From NCBI GenBank assembly GCA_001464935.1, contig LNEL01000053.1, positions 8,897 to 72,896 on the forward strand: DNA of 64,000 nucleotides, in the 5' to 3' direction. Position 1 is the stretch's first letter. Every line of letters starts with the position of its first letter. The position numbers were made by a program, and so were the translations under genes. Positions 57,313 through 64,000 of this stretch are shown here, piece after piece. This DNA is from Gammaproteobacteria bacterium Ga0077536. Lineage in GTDB: Bacteria > Pseudomonadota > Gammaproteobacteria > Ga0077536. Under the pieces are notes generated by a model. It did not search any database. It was given only the letters and a program-made list of their open reading frames with translations, and was not told the DNA's origin.

Positions 57313-58569
57313 GTGGCCTCCATTACGCTTGAACATGTGACCAAGGAATACCGGCTCGGCAAGCTGGTCACGCTGAAGGACAGCCTTGGCAACGCGCTGC
57401 GCAGTCTGCGTGGCCACGCGCCACGGGCCCGCAAGACCTTTCGCGCACTCGAAGACGTGAGTTTCGAACTGCAACCCGGCGAAGTGGTCGGCGTCATCGG
57501 TCACAATGGCGCCGGCAAGAGCACGCTGTTGAAAGTCATCTCCCGCATCGTCACGCCGACGAGCGGACGGGTCGAGGTCAACGGCCGCATTGCGCCGCTC
57601 ATCGAAGTGGGCGCGGGTCTGATCGGCGATCTGACCGGGCGCGAGAACATTTATGTCAACGCGGCGATCCTCGGCGTATCACGCGCCGAAATCGAGGCCA
57701 AGCTCGACGAGATCATCGCGTTTTCCGAGCTCGAAGAGTTCATCGACACGCCGGTCAAGCGGTATTCGAGCGGCATGCAGGTCAGGCTCGGCTTTTCGAT
57801 AGCGACCAGCGTCGAATCGGAAATCCTGATCATCGACGAGGTGCTCGCCGTCGGCGACCTGGCGTTCCAGCGCAAGTGCTTCGATCGCACCGAGGAACTG
57901 ATCAAGCGACAGGGTCGTACCGTGCTCATCGTCAGCCACAATGTGCGCCAGATCGAGCGGCTGTGCAGCCGGGCGATCCTGATGGATCACGGGCACATCG
58001 TGCGCGACGGCAACCCGACCGAAGTCTGCAGCGAGTTCATCGAGCAGAACAACGAGCGCATCGCAAGACAACATGCGGCGAGTGTCGCCAGCCTCACGCG
58101 GGCGCAGACCAGCGGCGAACTCGAAGTGGCGAGCGTCGAGCTGCTCGACGATGCCGGCAACGTGCTGGAGTCGACTGCCACCAACGATCCGCTCAACGTC
58201 AGGCTGACGTTCAAGTGTCATGCCGCCCTCGTGAAGCCCGAGATCATCGTCGGCTTTCACACCACCGACTTCATCTACCTGATACAGCTGTCGAACGCGC
58301 ACCTCGATACCCGGCCCGATCTGGCAGTCGGCCTGAACCAGGTCACATGCCGTCTTCCGCGGCTGCCGCTCGCGCCGGGCGTGTTCTGCGTTCGCGTCCT
58401 CGTGCTCGATGCGAAGCGCCGGTCGGTGTTCTCCCAGGACATGCTGAAGGTGTTCGATGTACGGGCGCCGGCCGACATTCCGGCGGCGCGCATCCCGCAG
58501 ATAGGCTTCGTCTACGCGGATGCCGAATGGCAATCGGTCGCCATGCGGGGCGCGGACACGCCGGTGTGA
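57313..58569 (+). CDS. wzt: polysaccharide ABC transporter ATP-binding protein (Wzt) with a C-terminal extra domain
   Basis: 418 aa with a GTG start. It carries Walker A GHNGAGKST, the signature YSSGMQVRL, and Walker B LIIDEV. About 170 aa of extra C-terminal domain follow, as in glycan-cap-binding Wzt proteins. Confidence 0.88.
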   Translation: MASITLEHVTKEYRLGKLVTLKDSLGNALRSLRGHAPRARKTFRALEDVSFELQPGEVVGVIGHNGAGKSTLLKVISRIVTPTSGRVEVNGRIAPLIEVGAGLIGDLTGRENIYVNAAILGVSRAEIEAKLDEIIAFSELEEFIDTPVKRYSSGMQVRLGFSIATSVESEILIIDEVLAVGDLAFQRKCFDRTEELIKRQGRTVLIVSHNVRQIERLCSRAILMDHGHIVRDGNPTEVCSEFIEQNNERIARQHAASVASLTRAQTSGELEVASVELLDDAGNVLESTATNDPLNVRLTFKCHAALVKPEIIVGFHTTDFIYLIQLSNAHLDTRPDLAVGLNQVTCRLPRLPLAPGVFCVRVLVLDAKRRSVFSQDMLKVFDVRAPADIPAARIPQIGFVYADAEWQSVAMRGADTPV

Positions 58570-58603
58570 GCCCAGCGCGCGACGACAACCGGGGCAGGCG
58601 CTG

Positions 58604-59458
58604 ATGGGCGTGCTGCGAAATCTGCTGGCGAAGGCCCGCAAGGCACAGGCGCGGCGCGCCGCCGTCCGCAGCTTGCGCAACGAAGTGCAGGCCGCGACGG
58701 GCATCAACTTCCACCGCCGCAACAAAGACAACATCGGTGACATGAAGAGCTCGCCGGTTGGGCAGTTCAGCTGTCTCGAGCAGTTCACACCGATCGAAAT
58801 CTTCCGTTGCCGGGCGCCACTGGATCTCAGCCGCAAACCCGTGGTCATCGGCGGCGGCGGCCTGTTCAGCAACGAATTCTTTGCCGACCACCTCGCGTTC
58901 ATCCTGGCTTCGGCGCCGCGGCAGCTGATCTGCTGGGGCGCCGGACAGAACACCCACGACGCCACGACGCCGAGCTATCCGGCCATCCTGCGCGACTTCG
59001 ATCTCGTCGGCATTCGCGACCACGGCGCCCCGTACGACTGGGTACCGTGCGCGAGCTGCATGGATCCGGTCTTCGATCGCGCCTACCCGATTTCCCATGA
59101 GGTCGTGCTCTACAATCACATGGACTTTCCGGGCCTGAGGCACCAGGGCCTGCCCGAACTCGCCAACGCCGAGTCCGATTTTCAGCGCGTCATCGCCTTC
59201 CTCGGCAGCGGCGCCTCGGTGATCACGACGTCCTACCACGGTGCGTACTGGGCCACACTGCTGGGGCGGCGCGTGGTCGTGCTGAATCCGTTTTCGTCGA
59301 AGTTCTTCACCTTCCGGCATCCGCCGGTTCTCGCCGGCGACAGCGACTGGCAGGCGGCGCTCGCCCGGGCCCAGCCCTATGCCGATGCCCTGGAAGAATG
59401 CCGGCACGCGAATCTGCAGTTCGCGGCCCGGGTGGCGTCGAGGCTCGAACATGCGTGA
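58604..59458 (+). CDS. polysaccharide pyruvyl transferase family protein (tentative)
   Basis: The start is ATG 58604. Motifs NKDNIGD, VIGGGGLF, VGIRD and TTSYHGAYWATLLGRRVVVL resemble PS_pyruv_trans motifs as I recall them. Confidence 0.6.
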   Translation: MGVLRNLLAKARKAQARRAAVRSLRNEVQAATGINFHRRNKDNIGDMKSSPVGQFSCLEQFTPIEIFRCRAPLDLSRKPVVIGGGGLFSNEFFADHLAFILASAPRQLICWGAGQNTHDATTPSYPAILRDFDLVGIRDHGAPYDWVPCASCMDPVFDRAYPISHEVVLYNHMDFPGLRHQGLPELANAESDFQRVIAFLGSGASVITTSYHGAYWATLLGRRVVVLNPFSSKFFTFRHPPVLAGDSDWQAALARAQPYADALEECRHANLQFAARVASRLEHA

Positions 59459-59505
59459 GCTGCGGCGGCCCGTTCACCGACCGGCCTGCGCGCGCTGACG
59501 GCCCG

Positions 59506-60648
59506 ATGCGCATCGGCCTCGTCACCTCCGAGTTTCCGCCCGACATCGGCGGCGTGGAAACCTATGCCGTGCAGTTCGCCGCCGAACTCGCACGGCGGCC
59601 GGGCATCGAGGTCACCGTGTATGCGCCGCCGGCGTCCGCCCGCGCCGACGTCCCCGCGGGGATCCGGATTCAGCCCTGGCTGTCGAGCTGCCGGCAGCGC
59701 GACTGGTCGCGCATGCGCGACGAACCGATCGATGTCTGGCATGCGCTGTCCGCGCCACACGCGTGGCTCGCGCTGACCGGTCGCCCGACCGTGGTGTCGG
59801 TACATGGCAACGATTTCCTCGCACCGTATGCCCTCACCGCCCGACCGTCGCTGCACTATCCCGGCCTGCATCGCCTGCAACCGTGGCTGTGGCGACGCTT
59901 CAAGTCGCACTGGCAGGCGCGCACGCGCCGGCTGATCGCCGAGTCTCTGCCACGCGCCACCGCGGTCTATGCGAACAGCGAGTACACCGCCGAGGTGCTC
60001 GCGCGCGAATTCCCGGCCTGCGCCTCGCGCATCGCGGTGACCTGGGTCGGCGTCGACGAGCGCTACTTCGCGACGCCGCGCCAGGCGCGCGGTCCCCGGC
60101 CCGAATTGTTGACGGTCAGCCGGCTGTCCGAGCCGCGCAAGAACGTCGGACTGGTGCTGCAGGCGCTCGGTGCGCTGCGCGAACACCACGATTTCGGCTA
60201 CACGATCGCGGGCGACGGCTACGAGCGGCCGCAGCTCGAATCGCTCGCCCGCCAGCTCGGCCTCGCCGACCGCGTCCGCTTCTGCGGCAAGGTGTCGGCG
60301 GACGAGCTGCAGGCGCTCTATGGCGCGGCCGACCTCTTCGTGCTGACCTCGTCAATCGTGCCGGGCAGCCATGAAGGATTCGGCATCGTGTACCTGGAGG
60401 CCGCCGCGTCCGGTGTGCCGAGTCTGGCGGCCCGCCTGGCCGGCGCGGTCGACGCGGTCGAGGAGCACGTGTCGGGCTATTTCGTCGACGAGCCGACTGT
60501 CGCCAGCCTGACCACGGCGCTCGGGGATTTCCTTGCCGGCACGCGCCGCTTCGACGCCGAGGCCTGCCGCGGGTTCGCGCGCCGCTTCGGCTGGTCGCGC
60601 ATCACCGATCTGATGCTGGCGCGCTATCCGCGCGCGGTGCCGACGTGA
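59506..60648 (+). CDS. glycosyltransferase family 4 (GT-B)
   Basis: The start is ATG 59506. Motifs MRIGLVTSEFPPDIGGVETY and EGFGIVYLEAAASGVP (EX7E) support the call. Confidence 0.88.
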   Translation: MRIGLVTSEFPPDIGGVETYAVQFAAELARRPGIEVTVYAPPASARADVPAGIRIQPWLSSCRQRDWSRMRDEPIDVWHALSAPHAWLALTGRPTVVSVHGNDFLAPYALTARPSLHYPGLHRLQPWLWRRFKSHWQARTRRLIAESLPRATAVYANSEYTAEVLAREFPACASRIAVTWVGVDERYFATPRQARGPRPELLTVSRLSEPRKNVGLVLQALGALREHHDFGYTIAGDGYERPQLESLARQLGLADRVRFCGKVSADELQALYGAADLFVLTSSIVPGSHEGFGIVYLEAAASGVPSLAARLAGAVDAVEEHVSGYFVDEPTVASLTTALGDFLAGTRRFDAEACRGFARRFGWSRITDLMLARYPRAVPT

Positions 60649-60739
60649 GCGGTGGCCCGCGCCGCGCGCGCCTTCTTCAGATTCAACGCGCGCGATCCGA
60701 TGTAAGCGGGACGCACTGAGTCCGGTTGCCGATCACCCC

Positions 60740-61714
60740 ATGTCACGGTTTCTCTACCTCGTCACCGCCCACACCAATCCGGATCAGGTGTGTCGGCTGG
60801 TCACGGCCCTGCTGCGCGCGAGCCCGCACGGTGAAGTGCTGGTGCATTACGATCCGTCGGGGCCGACGTTCGAACGCGGGGTCCTGGCGCACGAACCCCG
60901 CGTGCATTTCTACCCGGCGCCTGTCAGCGTGTGCTGGGGCGACTTCTCGCTGGTCGACGCCTTCCTGGCAGTGGCCGCCTGGGCCCGGGGCCGGCTCGCG
61001 TTCGACTGGCTGATCTGGATCTCGGGACAGGACTACCCGCTCGGACCGCTCGGCGCGTTCGAGGCGGACCTGGCCGCTGGCAGTCATGACGGTTACCTGC
61101 GCCACTTCCCGGCGCTGGCGCACGCCGGCTGGCCGGTCGACGAGGGACGCCACCGCTACCTGTATCGATACTGGGATCTGCCGGCCTTTCCGCTGTACTA
61201 CCGGCTGCCGTCGCTCGCCAAGCGCGGGCTCGGCGCGGCGCGGCGGTGGTTCAATCGCAGTCAGCCGCTGGTGGTGCTGAGACCGCGCTACCGCGACAAT
61301 CCGGCCAAGCTCGGCCTGCGTCGCTGGCGGACGCCGTTCACCGCCGCGCGTCCGTGCTTTGGCGGCTGGCTGTGGCTCAACATCAACGCGCGGGCGCTCG
61401 ATCGCGTGCTCGAATTCGCCAGCACCCATCCGGACTATGTCGCCTACTACCGGCACACCTACTGTCCAGACGAGTCCTTCTTTCATACGATTCTCGCCAA
61501 TGAGCCGGACTTGAAGATCAAGAACACGCCGTTGCGTCACGTGTCCTGGGAAGATCGTCCGCACCCTTCCCATCCGCGCGTGATCGTCACCGGCGCCTCG
61601 TTCGAGGCGGCCCTGGGCTCGGGCATGCCGTTTGGCCGCAAGTTCGACGCGGACACCGACAGCGCCTGTCTCGATCTGCTCGACGCGCGCATTGCCGGCG
61701 AGACTTCCTCATGA
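60740..61714 (+). CDS. glycosyltransferase family 14 (core-2/I-branching-type beta-1,6-GlcNAc/xylosyl transferase fold)
   Basis: 324 aa. Motifs FLYLVTAHTNPDQVCRLVTALL...LVHYD and YCPDESFFHTIL support the call. Confidence 0.78.
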   Translation: MSRFLYLVTAHTNPDQVCRLVTALLRASPHGEVLVHYDPSGPTFERGVLAHEPRVHFYPAPVSVCWGDFSLVDAFLAVAAWARGRLAFDWLIWISGQDYPLGPLGAFEADLAAGSHDGYLRHFPALAHAGWPVDEGRHRYLYRYWDLPAFPLYYRLPSLAKRGLGAARRWFNRSQPLVVLRPRYRDNPAKLGLRRWRTPFTAARPCFGGWLWLNINARALDRVLEFASTHPDYVAYYRHTYCPDESFFHTILANEPDLKIKNTPLRHVSWEDRPHPSHPRVIVTGASFEAALGSGMPFGRKFDADTDSACLDLLDARIAGETSS

Positions 61715-62508
61715 GCAACGCACAGTCATTCGATCGCGTGCCGGTGCTGATGTACCACCGGGTCGGCACACCGCACGACGTCGCCGACGGCACCTACTGC
61801 ATCACGCCCGGCGCGTTTGCCGCGCAGATGTCGGCCCTCGCCGCCGCCGGCTACGCTGCGCTGACCGTCGACGCCTTCGCCGACTGGCTCGACGGCGCGC
61901 CGACGCGCTGTGACGGGCGGCCGTTCGTGCTGAGCTTCGATGACGGTTTCGCCGGTGTGTACGAGCACGCGTTTCCGCTGCTGCGCGAACTCGGCTGGCC
62001 CGCCACCGTGTTTCTCGTCGCCGGCCTCGTCGGCGATCACGACCGCTGGATGCAGCACCCGGGCGCGACGCGTCCGCTGACGCCGCTGCTGTCGCCGGCG
62101 CAAATCGCGGAGATGGCCGCGGCCGGCTTCAGCTTTCATTCGCACTCGATGACGCACCGGAGCCTGACGGCACTCGCCGGCAGCGCGCTCGAGGACGAGA
62201 TCGCAGGCTCGCGCGCGCGCCTGCAGGCGCTGCTCGGCACCGCCGTCGATTTTTTCGCATATCCCTACGGCCATCTCGACAGCCAGGTGGTCGATGCCAC
62301 GCGTGCCGCGGGTTACCGCGCGGCGTTTTCAGTGCAGCCGGGTTTCAACCGGCGCGACATCGACCGCTATCGCATCCGGCGCCTCGACGTCTTCGGGCAT
62401 GACTCGCCGCGCACGCTGCTGCGCAAGATTGGCTTCGGGTCGAACGATGGCAGTCTGGCAGCCGTGTGCCACTACTACTGGTCGCGCCTGACGGCGCGCC
62501 GCGGCTGA
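61711..62508 (+). CDS. polysaccharide deacetylase (NodB homology) family protein
   Basis: 265 aa. Motifs LMYHRV, FVLSFDDGF, HSHSMTH and YPYG support the call. Confidence 0.88.
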   Translation: MSNAQSFDRVPVLMYHRVGTPHDVADGTYCITPGAFAAQMSALAAAGYAALTVDAFADWLDGAPTRCDGRPFVLSFDDGFAGVYEHAFPLLRELGWPATVFLVAGLVGDHDRWMQHPGATRPLTPLLSPAQIAEMAAAGFSFHSHSMTHRSLTALAGSALEDEIAGSRARLQALLGTAVDFFAYPYGHLDSQVVDATRAAGYRAAFSVQPGFNRRDIDRYRIRRLDVFGHDSPRTLLRKIGFGSNDGSLAAVCHYYWSRLTARRG

Positions 62509-62513
62509 CGCGC

Positions 62514-64000
62514 ATGGCCATCACCGTCTTCATCTGCACGCACAACCGGGTCGACCTGCTGCGCAGCGTGCTGAACTCGCTGAATGGCGTGAAGCGGCCC
62601 CAGCAACCGGTCGAACTCCTCGTGCTTGCCAACAACTGCAGCGACGGCACCGCCGATCTGCTGAGCGCCTATGCCGCCGATCCGGGCAATCGCCTGCCGC
62701 TGCGCTGGATCGCGGAACCGACGCCCGGCAAGTCGCATGCACTGAATCGCGGTATTCCCGCCGTGCGCACCGATCTCGTGGCCTTCGTCGACGACGACCA
62801 CCGCATCGATGACGATTACCTCGTCGAAATCGAAAAGGCGGCGGCGGCCCATCCCGAAGTCGACATCTTCTGTGGCCGCATCCTGCCCGACTGGACCGGC
62901 GACGAACCGCGCTGGGTCCATGACGAAGGCCCCTATCGCATCTATCCACTGCCGGTGCCGCGTTACGACCTCGGGGCCGACAGCAAGCTCGTGACCGAAG
63001 AGACAGGCCCGGTGCCCGGTGGCGGCAACCTGGTGCTGCGCAGGGAGGTATTCGATCTCGCGGGCCGTTTCTCGACCGAGCTCGGGCCGCACGGCCACGA
63101 TCTCGGCGGTGGCGAGGACAGCGAGTACGTGATTCGCGCACTGCGACGCGGCGCGACCCTGCGCTATTGCCCGGCGATCGTGCAGTACCACTATGTCGAC
63201 CTCGAACGCCTGACGGTTTCCTACATCGTGCGCAAGGGCTATCAGCGCACGCGCTCGACTGCGCGCCTCAAGCATGCCGGCGAAGGCATCCCGCTGTTCG
63301 CGTGGCGCAAACTGCTCGTCTACTGCTGGCACATCCTGTTTTCGCTGTCGTGGCAGAAGCGTCGCTTCTATCTCGTGCGCTGTGGCGCGTCGCTCGGCGA
63401 AATCCAGGGCATGCGCGAGGCCTCGCGCAAGCGCCGTCTGCCACTGGGCCCAGCGCCCGGCATGCGCGCCCTGGGCGTCGCGACGGCGGTCGCGTTGCTG
63501 GTGACGCTGACGGCGCTGCTGTCGATGCCCGCCGTGCCGTGGGGCGCGGCCGCCCCACCGCTGCTGACGGCCGCGACTGCCGCTGCCCTGCTGCTCGCGA
63601 AATCGATATTCGATTTCTCGCAGACCGGCCCGGGTGTGCAGCGCGAACATCTCAGACCTTATCGTCTCTATGTCGTGCTGGCGCTGATGCGGCTGTCGAC
63701 CTGGGCCTTCGTGCTGTTCTTCGTGATGGCCGCGATCGGATCCCTCCTCTATCACGCGATCCTGATCTGTAATGGCAGCCGCGCCGGGCCATCCGGTGCC
63801 GTCCTCGCGTCGCTCGCGTCGATCGCGGTGCTGACCACGCAGCAGTTCGCCGGCATGCTGCTCTACAATCCGGGCCTGCTCGTCGCATCGATGCATTACC
63901 GAGCGAGCCGGCTGTACCCGCTGTGGCGCCTGCTGACGCCGCGCCGAATCTTCGTGATGCGCGCGATGACGGTCGGGTTCGCCATGGCGGTGATTGTCTG
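62514..64000 (+). CDS. glycosyltransferase family 2 with a C-terminal multi-TM domain (3' partial, runs off the window)
   Basis: This ORF is not in the supplied track. I translated it by hand from ATG 62514 to the window end and saw no stop. It reads MAITVFICTHNRVDLL...NNCSDGT...FVDDDH...GGGNLVLRREVF, followed by hydrophobic helices from about 63.29 kb onward. The listed 62475..63896 minus ORF is its antisense artefact. Confidence 0.85.
   Translation, partial: MAITVFICTHNRVDLLRSVLNSLNGVKRPQQPVELLVLANNCSDGTADLLSAYAADPGNRLPLRWIAEPTPGKSHALNRGIPAVRTDLVAFVDDDHRIDDDYLVEIEKAAAAHPEVDIFCGRILPDWTGDEPRWVHDEGPYRIYPLPVPRYDLGADSKLVTEETGPVPGGGNLVLRREVFDLAGRFSTELGPHGHDLGGGEDSEYVIRALRRGATLRYCPAIVQYHYVDLERLTVSYIVRKGYQRTRSTARLKHAGEGIPLFAWRKLLVYCWHILFSLSWQKRRFYLVRCGASLGEIQGMREASRKRRLPLGPAPGMRALGVATAVALLVTLTALLSMPAVPWGAAAPPLLTAATAAALLLAKSIFDFSQTGPGVQREHLRPYRLYVVLALMRLSTWAFVLFFVMAAIGSLLYHAILICNGSRAGPSGAVLASLASIAVLTTQQFAGMLLYNPGLLVASMHYRASRLYPLWRLLTPRRIFVMRAMTVGFAMAVIV

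Noticed and set aside
62475-63896. 473-aa minus-strand ORF listed in the track
   Set aside because: Its product is Arg/Gly/His-rich with no motifs. The plus strand encodes a clean GT2 domain (FVDDDH and others) in an open frame to the window end.

Overview
High-GC proteobacterial chromosome segment. The gene content looks like a methylotrophic beta-proteobacterium, which is an inference from content only. I found no rRNA, tRNA, CRISPR or IS elements. The window splits into four blocks. (1) 1-20.6 kb is housekeeping: lolA-ftsK, DUF1820/DUF482, the N-end-rule transferases aat-bpt, infA, a conserved envelope block (LMW-PTP, kdsB, ycaR, lpxK, exbD, exbB, comEC, DUF2062, lolD, lolC/E), tsaB, and nrdAB preceded by NrdR-box-like palindromes. 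(2) 20.7-41.8 kb starts with a sensor-less MCP. It is followed by a contiguous formaldehyde-to-CO2 module: H4MPT/methanofuran cofactor genes, pabB, fae, mtdB, mch, mptG and fhcBADC, running straight into a two-gene NAD-type formate dehydrogenase. (3) 41.9-47.3 kb is a lanthanide-type xoxF locus. A pseudoazurin, a xoxJ-like protein and an unknown secreted protein follow xoxF, and no c-type cytochrome gene is present. I rate this the most interesting part of the window. (4) 47.5-64 kb is an ABC-transporter (Wzm/Wzt) dependent glycan locus. It holds galE, an S1 protease, a 1137-aa VanZ-heparinase II/III fusion, a Cys-less AsnB homologue, a GT-C-like membrane protein, a pyruvyl transferase, GT4, GT14, a deacetylase, and a GT2 ORF that runs off the window end and is missing from the supplied ORF track. 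Many long ORFs in the track are GC-driven antisense artefacts and were rejected. All calls rest on motif and family recognition by eye. No database search was run.
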